Assembly: GCA_963826535.1 (NCBI GenBank)
Contig: CAWGXL010000011.1
Location: forward strand, 64,809-128,808
Length of the DNA: 64,000 nucleotides
Source: an uncultured bacterium
Lineage (GTDB): Bacteria; Patescibacteriota; Microgenomatia; Levybacterales; UBA12049
Direction: 5' to 3'
In this document: one piece after another, positions 19,301-27,985 of the stretch
How the letters are laid out: each line of letters begins with the position of its first letter
Numbering within the stretch: the first letter of the stretch is position 1
Position numbers and translations under genes: made by a program
The notes under the pieces: generated by a model
Database searches by the model: none
Told to the model about the DNA's origin: nothing
What the model saw: the letters and a program-made list of their open reading frames with translations, nothing else

Positions 19301-21523
19301 GGCGATTTGCTGGAGTACGCTTTTAACTTTGGTCATGTTTTGTGCTTTCTGCAGGCTACCATTGATTGTAGAAAGCAACTGCGAGGACATGGTAGATTCT
19401 TTTGATTGCTGGAGTTTTTCGCTGATTTTTTCAAGTTCTGCTTGTGAAGTAGTATCTTTTACTTGCAATATAGAGGATGCAAGTTGATTATTATTCTCTT
19501 TACTTTCATGTGCAAGCATGTCGTGGAGTTTGGTCATCTTTTCACGATCAGATGAATTGGTAACTGAAGCCGGGTTGGCGATTTGCTGGAGTACGCTTTT
19601 AATTTGGGTAGCTCTGACTGCATTGCTTACCTGAGAGGCTGCTGAGTTGCCAACTGTGCTCTCTTTTACTAATTGATCCCTTATTTTGTCAAGTTCATTT
19701 GCTGTGGTTTTGTCGTTAACAGAGAGAATTGAGCTGGCTAATTGATTACTCTTTTCTTTACTTTCCTTCGAGAGCATGTCATGGAGTTGAGACATTCTCT
19801 CACGATCTACAACATTTGATGTTTGGGCCGGATTGGCAATTTGTTTTAGTATGTTTCTCAAATGTGAATCTGAGGCTTGAACGTTTCTTTGTGATTGATT
19901 ATTGGCGGCTGAATTTATAGCATTTAAGATAGTTGTCGCTACGAGATTTCCCTGTTGAGCCTCTCTGACTATTCTTTCATTCATATTTGCATATCTTTCA
20001 CGTTCTATCGTTGAGGTAACCGCGACCGGGTTACCAATTTTTTCAAGCATTTCACTCATCTTCATTACTTCTTGTCTTTGGCTTGCGTTATTGGATGAAA
20101 GCGCGGTGTCGTATCTGGCGATATCCCGCATTGTAGGAAGCGGGATACTTGCAAAACTTAAAACTTCGGCATTTATTTGAGCATGTGGAACAGAATATGT
20201 TAGAGCGGTACCAGCTCCCTGAGTTTCTCTAATTATTTCTTTGGCTGCGCCGCCAGGCCTCATAGTAGGAGTGAGTGCAATTGGAATATTCACCGACTTT
20301 TTTGTAAATGGTAAAGTCAAGGCAGTGCCTCCAGGCTGAGATCCGGGCGGATATCCTGTAGGTGAAGATGGCGGAACCATCTTATTGCCTAATAAAGTAA
20401 CAAGGTTTTTCATCATTGCGTTATCACCGGAAAAGTTAGCAGCGTAGTCTAAAAAGATTTGCAATAAAATCCAGGGAAGTAGAATAACGATCCATAACAT
20501 TATTAGCGCAACAACATAAAGCATGAAAGTCTCTGTAAGATTAACACTGTTGGTCGGAGTAACGAACTGCCTGGGTCCTCCAAGGAGAATATTTACAGCG
20601 GTGGGATATATAATTTTAGTCGGGTCTTGAATAGCGGGATTGACGAACTGTAAGGGAATTGCCTGTCTCCACATAAATACTAAACCCTGGAGGAAAATCG
20701 CGAAGAGCGGACCATATAATAGCCAGCGGAAGAATTCTCCAATCCAAATCTTGCCAGTATTGCGAACCGGATAAAATAAAAGCAGGAGTGGGAATACCGG
20801 GGATACTATTATAAAGAACCATAAAATTATTTTTCTAATCAATAATATGCCTACCATAACATAGTACGTAAGCGCGGTTAATTTAGTCAGTAATAATGAA
20901 ATAAAGGCTGATTCAGCGTTATAATCACCAAGCAGGCGTAATCCGACAAAGTCCTGGTAGTTCCAACCTACAAAGAGTAAGTCTTGATTGGATATGCAGT
21001 CAGGGGGACAATTAGTGGTGCCTGAACGTAAGAAGAATCCTTGTATTAGATCGGTGAATTGATATAGAAATTGCAGTATTGCGTATGACAAGGCAATTAA
21101 TATCAGTACAGCAGTAAATCTGGGAATAAAACGCATAATAGTGAGACTTCTTCCTCTAGAAATTATAATTATCATGGAGGTTGCTAAAATAACCAATATT
21201 AGAAGAGGCAAAACAATATAGAGGACTATTGTCCACCAAAATTGTGCCAATGGATTAGCCGCGTTGTCGCAATTACGATCGGCTACCTTGGTTACACAAA
21301 CCCATTGGTAATTTAGCAATGTCCAGTTTAGGACGTAACCTGATCGAGCAGCGTTTTTGCCAATAAAGGTTACTTCAGGGTCTACTACCCATAACCCTGC
21401 GGCGGGGGATGCTGTTTGTTGTTGGGCCGGGGCGGGAGCTTGTGCATTGGTAACTGCTACCGGATAAACCAAGGAAACAAAACAATATATTATTGCAAGA
21501 AAAATGGGCAGAAATTTTTTCAT
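16307..21523 (-). CDS. Giant (1738 aa) polytopic membrane protein with an array of about 92-aa helical repeats; N-terminal region VirB6/TrbL-like in topology
   Basis: Signal peptide, then at least 6 TM helices in the first roughly 400 aa. Then about 10 repeats of QIANPAxxTNSSDREKMTKLHDMLAHESKENNNQLASSIL...KISEKLQQSK. A large module (IQTVTPEELADVKKMW...LPFLLVGGFSQSEIVSYL) is present 3 times, two of them identical at nucleotide level. Confidence 0.7.
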   Translation of the reverse strand: MKKFLPIFLAIIYCFVSLVYPVAVTNAQAPAPAQQQTASPAAGLWVVDPEVTFIGKNAARSGYVLNWTLLNYQWVCVTKVADRNCDNAANPLAQFWWTIVLYIVLPLLILVILATSMIIIISRGRSLTIMRFIPRFTAVLILIALSYAILQFLYQFTDLIQGFFLRSGTTNCPPDCISNQDLLFVGWNYQDFVGLRLLGDYNAESAFISLLLTKLTALTYYVMVGILLIRKIILWFFIIVSPVFPLLLLFYPVRNTGKIWIGEFFRWLLYGPLFAIFLQGLVFMWRQAIPLQFVNPAIQDPTKIIYPTAVNILLGGPRQFVTPTNSVNLTETFMLYVVALIMLWIVILLPWILLQIFLDYAANFSGDNAMMKNLVTLLGNKMVPPSSPTGYPPGSQPGGTALTLPFTKKSVNIPIALTPTMRPGGAAKEIIRETQGAGTALTYSVPHAQINAEVLSFASIPLPTMRDIARYDTALSSNNASQRQEVMKMSEMLEKIGNPVAVTSTIERERYANMNERIVREAQQGNLVATTILNAINSAANNQSQRNVQASDSHLRNILKQIANPAQTSNVVDRERMSQLHDMLSKESKEKSNQLASSILSVNDKTTANELDKIRDQLVKESTVGNSAASQVSNAVRATQIKSVLQQIANPASVTNSSDREKMTKLHDMLAHESKENNNQLASSILQVKDTTSQAELEKISEKLQQSKESTMSSQLLSTINGSLQKAQNMTKVKSVLQQIANPASATNSSDREKMTKLHDMLAHESKENNNQLAGQILQVKDITTQTELEKISEKLQQSKDSAMSSQVLTTISSSLQKSQNMTKVKDVLQQIANPATATAINKEKMTKLHEALTKESQKGNELATSLLSVNKSTTSADIQKLSDKLNEAKTKGESVAADVLATAAQQASISVPSLNRIQTVTPEELADVKKMWTENYNNMEVPEGMAGTRTEWIKDDIEKIGNLTNLLNSADQDKVNQGLSEVANILPFLLVGGFSQSEIVSYLQTKQDAAKDVLKSISLDEETKVSVATKHAEAAQTMAVNIEAPSVEISTPSFAATNIVTPEVSNEILAMVELKLPRMRDIARFETMSMSRDKSQLGEVQKVRETLERIANPASATVSTERVRFDKLREKLLEESQKGNATADIVLNAASSAMQKAAFSATQSSDFKNVLLQIVNPASVTSESERVAFTKLHEILVKEKDKKNELASTILSVNDSTSNADLQKIREQLDKGQQGANLLATSVMSTVNKSVQTNKVRQVLQQIANPASISSPVDRERLTKLHDSIAKSSQSGNELATSLLSVNKSTTSADIQKLSDKLKEEKLKGESVATSVLGALPQAISLPSTNRIQTVTPEELADVKKMWTENYNNMEVPEGMAGTRTEWIKDDIEKIGNLTNLLNSADQDKVNQGLSEVANILPFLLVGGFSQSEIVSYLQTKQDAAKDVLKSISLDEETKVSVATKHAEAAQTMAVNIEAPSVEISTPSFAATNIVTPEVSNEILAMVELKLPTMKDIVRYEAMSLARDKSQITEMHKEHVILANLATPTNVQIPADRQKIENLRQKLIEKSQKGDKTADSILTAAKHSVSPHSQINATDVPQSNKLQSVTQKDYTEIEKMWEENYRTLPVPFGFNDDKQGRIEWITKEIEEIKETLALLLAPETDKKNDGLKKVGTILPFLLLGGFSYQEISDYLNVKLKAAKTVISVLKLGDEKEEKVEVGIKKEEEPKALSEEEEIAKK
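17009..17487. repeat. Perfect about 479-bp direct repeat inside the giant gene, copy 1
   Basis: Region 17009-17487 is identical to 18302-18780 (offset 1293 nt). This was checked line by line. Antisense ORFs 16992..17225 and 18102..18518 translate identically. Confidence 0.85.
18302..18780. repeat. Perfect about 479-bp direct repeat inside the giant gene, copy 2
   Basis: See copy 1. Encodes the duplicated module VTPEELADVKKMWTENYNNMEVPEGMAGTRTEW.... Confidence 0.85.
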
Positions 21524-21529
21524 GTTTTT

Positions 21530-21829
21530 TTACTTAGCAAAACCCGGAATGTTTAAAATGTCGACTGCGAGAAATTGGAAAAAAACAAATCCAAAAATTG
21601 CGAGCAATAAACCGGCGATCGCGCAGACTATATAGCTTTTTCCAACATTGAGCTGGTGTGGTTCTCCGCGGGAAGTTAAGATTGTATATCCGCCCCAAAT
21701 TATCATTATCAATGATAGACCGGCAACAAAACCTATTCCGTAACCGTAAAATTTTTGCACAAATCCGATTGGGTCATTTGGCCAGCAGCCAAAGTCTGTT
21801 TGGATTTCATTTAATGCGCAGGCAGCCAT
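21530..21829 (-). CDS. Small two-helix membrane protein, VirB2/TrbC- or VirB3-like (pilin-like)
   Basis: 99 aa with two hydrophobic helices (GFVAGLSLIMIIWGGY and SYIVCAIAGLLLAIFGFVFF) separated by a short polar loop. 6-nt gap to the giant gene. Confidence 0.4.
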   Translation of the reverse strand: MAACALNEIQTDFGCWPNDPIGFVQKFYGYGIGFVAGLSLIMIIWGGYTILTSRGEPHQLNVGKSYIVCAIAGLLLAIFGFVFFQFLAVDILNIPGFAK

Positions 21830-21927
21830 ATTTTAACAGTAACATAATTAAATTTTAAAAACAACTATGCATTTTAAAGATTGTAATATGTCTATACATT
21901 TTTGTTCAACTGTAAGTAAAAAAAGCA

Positions 21928-22305
21928 TTAAGAATGCACATTATGTGAAAGGAGCTTTTTCACATTATCCACTATATCCTCGGGCGTATTATTTGACTTG
22001 AGAAGAAAGGCTTTTGCCCCCCAATTTTTTAAGAGATCTTCGGCATTGGCGTAAATATTCGTTAATACAAGAATAGGAATTTTATTTAGTACAGGATCAT
22101 TCTTTGCAAGCTTGAGAACATCAAAACCACTTACTCTCGGCATTATGAGGTCAAGAAGGACGACATCAGGCTTAAAAGACTTCATCTTTTTAATTCCATC
22201 CTGACCATCAACTGCTGTTTGAACGTCAAATCCCTCATGCACAAATTTATCACGATACATCTCAAGTAGAATTACATCATCCTCTACCAATAAAATCTTA
22301 TTCAT
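21928..22305 (-). CDS. Stand-alone CheY-like receiver-domain response regulator
   Basis: 125 aa REC domain only (LVEDD, DLIMP phospho-acceptor region). Overlaps the upstream paralog by 8 nt. Confidence 0.7.
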   Translation of the reverse strand: MNKILLVEDDVILLEMYRDKFVHEGFDVQTAVDGQDGIKKMKSFKPDVVLLDLIMPRVSGFDVLKLAKNDPVLNKIPILVLTNIYANAEDLLKNWGAKAFLLKSNNTPEDIVDNVKKLLSHNVHS

Positions 22306-22690
22306 ATTTGTCCTTTTTAGAATTACTTAAAACTTCATTTGCTTTTTTTACCACATCTTCAGGTGTTGTATTGGCTTTGATCAAGCAATAAACCGGGCTA
22401 TACTCCATAATCGCTTCAAGTACTTTCCCATCCACATTTAGATTAGTTAATACCATAATCGGAACAGTTTCGCCCCAACTGTCAGCACGCAACTTCTTCA
22501 TCATTTCCATTCCGTTCAATTTCGGTAAAGCAAGATCCAGTAAGATAATATCCGGTTTACGATCCAGTGCCAGCATTAATCCCTTCTCACCGTCTTCCGC
22601 GTTAACAGGATTAAAGTTGCTAAATTGAAATTTATCCTTATACATGTCAGCCAGCACCTGGTCATCTTCTACTATTAATACACTCTTCAT
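22298..22690 (-). CDS. Stand-alone CheY-like receiver-domain response regulator (paralog)
   Basis: 130 aa REC domain only (IVEDD, DLALP). No output domain. Confidence 0.7.
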   Translation of the reverse strand: MKSVLIVEDDQVLADMYKDKFQFSNFNPVNAEDGEKGLMLALDRKPDIILLDLALPKLNGMEMMKKLRADSWGETVPIMVLTNLNVDGKVLEAIMEYSPVYCLIKANTTPEDVVKKANEVLSNSKKDKYE

Positions 22691-22770
22691 AAAAATAACA
22701 TTAAAATCTTACTCCATTTTATACCACTCCACTTTCAAAATGCAAAATGTATAATATTGTGAAGTCCCGC

Positions 22771-25212
22771 TTAGCGTGGCGATGTGGTATTTCCAGTTTC
22801 CTGAACAAATGCAATTTCGCGTCCATTTTCAAGCTCTGTTTTTGCTTTTTTAGCAGTAGGTGTTTCAGCTTTCGGAAGAATAAAAGTAAACGTGCTTCCG
22901 CGACCTGTACTCGATTTTTCTAGTCGCACATCTCCCCCCATCTTGCGGGCAAGTTCGCGTGAAATGTAAAGTCCCAGTCCGGAACCGGCAGGCCTAGTAG
23001 ATTTATATGTACTTAGTTGGGCAAATTTTCGGAATAATTTGCTTTGATCAGCCGGATCTATTCCTGTACCGGTATCGGTAAAAGCAATATACACAAAGTC
23101 ACGCACGCGGTAATATTTGATAGAAATCTTACCCTTATCGGTAAATTTCAATGCATTACCAAGAAGATTATTAAATATATGCCTTACCCACTCAATATCT
23201 GCCTGAACTAAGACTTCCTGCTTACTTTCAACATTTATAACTACCTCTTTTTGCTGCGCAATTGGTTGCAGCGATTTAGTGACATCGTCCAGCACCGGCC
23301 AAAGAGTGAAATTAGTCAACCGAAATTCAATTCTGCCCGTTTGAAGGCGGGAAACATTTAACAGATCATTTATTAAATGAATTTGACGCTTTGCAGAAAC
23401 AGATATATTCTCAAGCGGTTTCTTAAGCTTAGAATTTACAGGTCCATAATCACCATGAAGGATCATTGAAAGGAATCCGTTAATGGCAGTCATGGGAGTC
23501 CTTAGTTCATGTGATGCCATTGAGATAAATTCATCTTTCATTCGACTAACTTCTTTCTCTTTCGTAATATCATGGAAAACCTCTATTGCTCCAAAAAGTT
23601 TATCTTCGAGAGTAATTGGTGTAACAGTAAAGCGCACAGGGAGTTTTGTTTTATCTTTTTTTACATAGTAATTAGTTTTGGATGTTACAATTTTTTTACG
23701 CTGTGAAAGCACTTTGGTCATAGGCCGCGCGTCAAGGGGCAAAATTTTACCGGTCTCATCCTCCATGGGGATTGTATCTACAAGAAGTTTGCCAACCAGC
23801 TCTTTTTCTTTCCATCCAAGAGTTTCGCAGGCAACTTGGTTGACCATTGTAATCTTCCCGTAATTGTCTGTCGCAATAATTCCATCCCCGATACTTGCAA
23901 GCATTGCCTCATCAGTTGTTGTTTCCTGAAGCATTGTTTCTTCTAAAATCTTGCTTTCTGTTATATCATGAAAGTTAATCACAACCGCGTTGACATCCGG
24001 TTCAAAGAGCAAATTTGTGCCGGTTGCTTCGACCCAAATAGTCTTTTTATCTTTCCGGATACTTTGGTATTCCACCGTTACAACACCCCTTGGTTTAACA
24101 ACCAACTCAGCAAGTTTACCCATAGTCATCTTTCTATTTGCGGCAGCTACAAGATCAAATCCGTTTTTTCCAATTAATTCTTCCGGCGAATAGCCCAAAA
24201 TTCGCTTAACCGACGGGCTTGCAAAGCTTATTTTTGAAGTCGCGTCAATGAGAACAACGCCATCAGAACTGTTTTCAATAAGCGCTTGAAATCGTTGCTC
24301 ATGCGACACCAGAGCTTTTTCACTTTTGCGGATTGCGAGAACTGTTGCGGCAAATGTCAATCCTGTAAGTGAAAAAATACCCAAAAACAGCTGTAATAAG
24401 ATGAGTGATTGATTGATAGTTGGTGCATTTGAAAATGGTCCTTGTCCGCCCAACGTAGCAAATATAGCAATTCCCGCCATAAACAGAGTTGTAACCGTAG
24501 CTCCTTTTTGTCCAAACCAAAACGCAATCCAGACAGCAATCGGAATACTCAAATAAGGATAGGGGAGAATTCCGGTAAAGACAATTACAGCAATTATAAA
24601 AAGAATAATTAGCGTGAGAAAAAAATGAAGCGCTTTTTTAAAATCAAGACGTATCCTCAGAGCACGTCCCCAAACTAAAAGTAACGGAGCCACAACAAGT
24701 GCTCCTCCCATATCTCCGAGCCACCATGTTGTCCACACCGACCAAAATTCACTCCAGCTCGCGAGCCCGCCAATAATAAGCGTTACAACACCTATATCAG
24801 CGCTCACCATCGTACTTAGCATTGCTCCAAAAAAAGTAAACTTAAATATATTTGAAACACTATCAAAAGCATGGAGGCCATTGGCAAGTTTATTTACTAA
24901 ATATGCACCAACTACGCCTTCCAAGCTGTTTCCCAGCGCAATTCCAAGAGAAGTTGCTATAGTCCCAGCTGTAGTAAAATTGACAAAAAAAGCGCCCAGA
25001 AAAATTGCAGGGACAACCCGGTTTCCAAAAAGAAGAATTGATGCCAGTGCGATGCCTGTCGGCGCCCAAATTGCTGTCGCACTTGGATTTACAGAAGCAA
25101 GTGACAGGCCTAATTTGCCCGCGGCTATATATGCTAATGCAATAATGATATTAAGAAGGATTATCTTAATCAAAGTGAGTGGCCAAAATTTGTGATGGAT
25201 CTTTTCTATCAT
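22771..25212 (-). CDS. Sensor histidine kinase with N-terminal polytopic (MASE1-like) membrane domain, two PAS domains, HisKA and HATPase_c
   Basis: About 8 TM helices, then PAS-like segments (SDGVVLID..., GDGIIATDNYGKITMVNQ). H-box FISMASHELRTPM. G-boxes GTGIDPAD and GSGLGLYISRELA. Confidence 0.8.
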   Translation of the reverse strand: MIEKIHHKFWPLTLIKIILLNIIIALAYIAAGKLGLSLASVNPSATAIWAPTGIALASILLFGNRVVPAIFLGAFFVNFTTAGTIATSLGIALGNSLEGVVGAYLVNKLANGLHAFDSVSNIFKFTFFGAMLSTMVSADIGVVTLIIGGLASWSEFWSVWTTWWLGDMGGALVVAPLLLVWGRALRIRLDFKKALHFFLTLIILFIIAVIVFTGILPYPYLSIPIAVWIAFWFGQKGATVTTLFMAGIAIFATLGGQGPFSNAPTINQSLILLQLFLGIFSLTGLTFAATVLAIRKSEKALVSHEQRFQALIENSSDGVVLIDATSKISFASPSVKRILGYSPEELIGKNGFDLVAAANRKMTMGKLAELVVKPRGVVTVEYQSIRKDKKTIWVEATGTNLLFEPDVNAVVINFHDITESKILEETMLQETTTDEAMLASIGDGIIATDNYGKITMVNQVACETLGWKEKELVGKLLVDTIPMEDETGKILPLDARPMTKVLSQRKKIVTSKTNYYVKKDKTKLPVRFTVTPITLEDKLFGAIEVFHDITKEKEVSRMKDEFISMASHELRTPMTAINGFLSMILHGDYGPVNSKLKKPLENISVSAKRQIHLINDLLNVSRLQTGRIEFRLTNFTLWPVLDDVTKSLQPIAQQKEVVINVESKQEVLVQADIEWVRHIFNNLLGNALKFTDKGKISIKYYRVRDFVYIAFTDTGTGIDPADQSKLFRKFAQLSTYKSTRPAGSGLGLYISRELARKMGGDVRLEKSSTGRGSTFTFILPKAETPTAKKAKTELENGREIAFVQETGNTTSPR

Positions 25213-25320
25213 GGTGCAGTAATTTAACTATAGTAAAATAATGTCATAAAAAGCAATTTATTTTTGTGAATATTTACTAATTTAGTAACTATTTATTTCT
25301 TTAATATGTCAATTCGGGTA

Positions 25321-25349
25321 TTGACGGGTAGAATAAAATATTGTATTAT
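25321..25349 (+). promoter_or_regulatory. Sigma70-like promoter upstream of tuf (TTGACG-N17-TATTAT)
   Basis: Sequence ttgacgggtagaataaaatattgtattat lies 54 nt upstream of the tuf start. This is pattern-based only. Confidence 0.4.
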
Positions 25350-25402
25350 ACAATTATTCTCATAGAAGGAATGAGATTTCTTTTTTTTGTAAAAACTAAT
25401 TT

Positions 25403-26581
25403 ATGGCAGTATTTAAGAGAGACAAGCCACATGTAAATATTGGAACTATCGGTCATGTAGATCACGGAAAAACAACGTTAACTGCTGCAATCACTACCGT
25501 CCTTTCAAAAAAAGGATTTGCTCAGGCTAAAAAATACGAGGATATTGATAATGCCCCTGAGGAAAAGGCGCGTGGAGTCACGATTAACATTTCTCACATG
25601 GAATATGAGACCGAGAAGCGTCACTATGCTCATATTGATGCTCCGGGACACGCTGATTATATTAAGAACATGATCACAGGCGCCGCTCAAATGGATGGCG
25701 CGATACTTGTTGTCTCAGCTCCCGACGGACCTATGCCGCAAACCCGGGAACATATTTTATTAGCTTATCAAGTAGGAGTTCCTTCAATTGTTGTTTTTCT
25801 CAACAAAACCGATATGGTTCAAGACGCGGAACTTCTTGAACTTGTTGAAATGGAAGTGCGCGAACTACTAACCAAGTATCACTTCCCAGGTGACAAAACT
25901 CCAATAATCCGAGGGTCAGCCCTCAAAGCTCTTGAAGGAGATGCAGAAGCCGAAAAACAAATCCTGGAACTTATGAAGACAGTAGACGAATATATCCCAA
26001 CGCCGGTAAGACCATTGGACAAGCCGTTACTTATGCCGGTTGAAGATGTCTTTTCTATAAAGGGACGCGGAACTGTAGTTACCGGAAGAATTGAAAGAGG
26101 GCTTGTCAAAGTCAATGATACTGTAGAGATCGTCGGAATCCGCGATACCAAACCAACAGTAGTAACCGGAGTTGAGATGTTTAAGAAGCAACTTAATGAT
26201 GGACAGGCAGGCGACAATGTAGGTCTTCTACTTCGAGGACTCGAAAAAGATGATGTTGAACGCGGGCAAGTTGTTGCTAAACCCGGATCCATTACACCGC
26301 ACACTGAATTTGAAGCTGAAGCTTATGTGCTTACGAAAGAAGAAGGCGGGCGTCACACACCATTCTTTACCGGTTATCGTCCACAATTTTATATTCGCAC
26401 AACAGATGTGACCGGAAACGTTGCTCTTCCACAAGGTGTTGAGATGGTTATGCCGGGAGACAGTACAAAGATGACAGTGAAGCTAATTGTACCCGTCGCT
26501 TTAGAAGAAGGACAAAGATATGCAATCCGCGAAGGTGGAAGAACAGTTGGAGCAGGAGTTATAACCAAGATAATTAAATAA
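25403..26581 (+). CDS. tuf: Elongation factor Tu
   Basis: [23 protein letters not shown]1 motif, DAPGH and NKTD motifs. 392 aa. Confidence 0.95.
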   Translation: MAVFKRDKPHVNIGTIGHVDHGKTTLTAAITTVLSKKGFAQAKKYEDIDNAPEEKARGVTINISHMEYETEKRHYAHIDAPGHADYIKNMITGAAQMDGAILVVSAPDGPMPQTREHILLAYQVGVPSIVVFLNKTDMVQDAELLELVEMEVRELLTKYHFPGDKTPIIRGSALKALEGDAEAEKQILELMKTVDEYIPTPVRPLDKPLLMPVEDVFSIKGRGTVVTGRIERGLVKVNDTVEIVGIRDTKPTVVTGVEMFKKQLNDGQAGDNVGLLLRGLEKDDVERGQVVAKPGSITPHTEFEAEAYVLTKEEGGRHTPFFTGYRPQFYIRTTDVTGNVALPQGVEMVMPGDSTKMTVKLIVPVALEEGQRYAIREGGRTVGAGVITKIIK

Positions 26582-26629
26582 ATAGTACTTTAACAGTCTG
26601 TTTGTCCTGATTAAATCGGGTTTGGATAT

Positions 26630-26938
26630 ATGCCAAAAGGAAGAATTAGAGTTAGATTAAAAAGCTATGATGCACGCGTGCTTGACGTATGTTGTCAGCA
26701 AATTCTAGACTCAGTTATAAGAACAGGCGCGAAAGTAGTAGGACCTGTCCCCCTTCCGACAGACAGAAGTGTTTATGCAGTCAACAAATCGCCTTTTATT
26801 GACAAGGACGCAAGAGATCATTTCGAGATCCGTGTCCATAAACGTTTGGTAGATATTATATCTCCAACAGACAAAACAATTGACAGTTTAACAAATTTGC
26901 AATTACCAGCCGGTGTCGATGTGGAGCTGAAAATGTGA
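26630..26938 (+). CDS. rpsJ: 30S ribosomal protein S10
   Basis: IRVRLKSYDARVLD...GPVPLPT S10 signature. Confidence 0.9.
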   Translation: MPKGRIRVRLKSYDARVLDVCCQQILDSVIRTGAKVVGPVPLPTDRSVYAVNKSPFIDKDARDHFEIRVHKRLVDIISPTDKTIDSLTNLQLPAGVDVELKM

Positions 26939-27018
26939 TGCCCAAACAATCATTAATGCAATTCATGATTTTGATGATGTAGAGCCTAATTAGGGAGTGC
27001 GGAGAGCATATATTTTAC

Positions 27019-27046
27019 GCAAGATAGCCTAAGGCTATCTTTTTTT
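27019..27046 (+). terminator. Intrinsic-terminator-like hairpin plus T8 between rpsJ and rplC
   Basis: Sequence agatagcc-taa-ggctatct is followed by tttttttt, ending 7 nt before the rplC start. It could act as an attenuator. Confidence 0.45.
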
Positions 27047-27052
27047 TGTCTT

Positions 27053-27925
27053 ATGATTCAAACACTATTTGGAGAGAAAATTGAGCAAACACAAATGTTT
27101 TTGGTTGACGGAACACGTATTCCTGTTACGGTAATCGCTGTGCCGGACAATACTATTGTACAAGTAAAGACTCAGGAGAAAGATAAATATACCGCTGTTC
27201 AAATTGGCGTAGGCAAAAAGAAAAAACCAAGTAAGCCTGCGCTCGGACATGCAAAAAAAGCCGGCTTGGATTTTGCGCCTTATGTAATTAAGGAAATAAA
27301 AATTAATCAAGAAGATTCCTCAGCTCAGATCAAAGCGGATTCAGCTGATCCCGATTTAATCGGGACAGATGGGGAAAGTTCATCAAAAGTGGGGGGGTAT
27401 TTAAAAATTGAAGAAGTTTTCAAACCCGGCGATATTGTTGATGTAACAGGAACATCCAAAGGCAAAGGTTTTGCAGGAGTGGTAAAAAGACATGGTTTTA
27501 AAGGCGGGCCTAAAACACACGGGCAGTCAGACCGAGAGCGCGCACCAGGTTCAATCGGCCAAACAACCACACCGGGAAGAGTTTATAGAGGAAAGCGTAT
27601 GGCCGGTCGTATGGGTCACGAAGTAGTGACTGTTAAAAATCTGAAAGTTGTCAGCGTTGACGAAGTCAATAAAAAACTGTATGTTGCCGGGCTTATACCC
27701 GGCGTAAAAAATTCTATCGTCTTTATCACCCGCAAAGGAGAAAGCAAAAAAATCGTTCCATTATATAAAGAGGAACCAAAAGAGGTGCCTAAAGAAAAAG
27801 AAGCCCTTAATCCAGTTCCCGATAGTGCCGAAACAACAGAGCCAAAAGCGGTCGAGGTAAAATCTGAGGAAAAGAAAAAAAACAAAGTAATAAAAGCAGA
27901 TAAGAAGGAGGGAGAGGAAAAATAG
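27053..27925 (+). CDS. rplC: 50S ribosomal protein L3 with internal insertion and K/E-rich C-terminal extension
   Basis: GTSKGKGFAGVVKRHGFKGGPKTHGQS L3 core. Extra segment ADSADPDLIGTDGESSSK and roughly 70-aa lysine/glutamate-rich tail. Confidence 0.9.
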   Translation: MIQTLFGEKIEQTQMFLVDGTRIPVTVIAVPDNTIVQVKTQEKDKYTAVQIGVGKKKKPSKPALGHAKKAGLDFAPYVIKEIKINQEDSSAQIKADSADPDLIGTDGESSSKVGGYLKIEEVFKPGDIVDVTGTSKGKGFAGVVKRHGFKGGPKTHGQSDRERAPGSIGQTTTPGRVYRGKRMAGRMGHEVVTVKNLKVVSVDEVNKKLYVAGLIPGVKNSIVFITRKGESKKIVPLYKEEPKEVPKEKEALNPVPDSAETTEPKAVEVKSEEKKKNKVIKADKKEGEEK

Positions 27926-27985
27926 CTATTAGCTGTCGGCTATCAGCTGTCTGATAGCTATAAGCTGAATGCTTTAAGCTAAATT
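27924..27985 (+). repeat. Structured intergenic repeat in the r-protein cluster, copy 1 (before rplD)
   Basis: Contains agctattagctgtcggctatcag-ctgt-ctgatagc, a hairpin with stem GCTATCAG/CTGATAGC. Confidence 0.5.

Noticed and set aside
16992-19920. Plus-strand ORFs inside the giant gene with identical translations
   Set aside because: The identity reflects the nucleotide-level direct repeat of the minus-strand gene, not real genes. The products are low-complexity.
16307-21523. CRISPR array or other non-coding tandem repeat in the 17-20 kb repetitive region
   Set aside because: The repeats are 276-bp protein-coding units in a continuous 1738-codon ORF, not short direct repeats with spacers.
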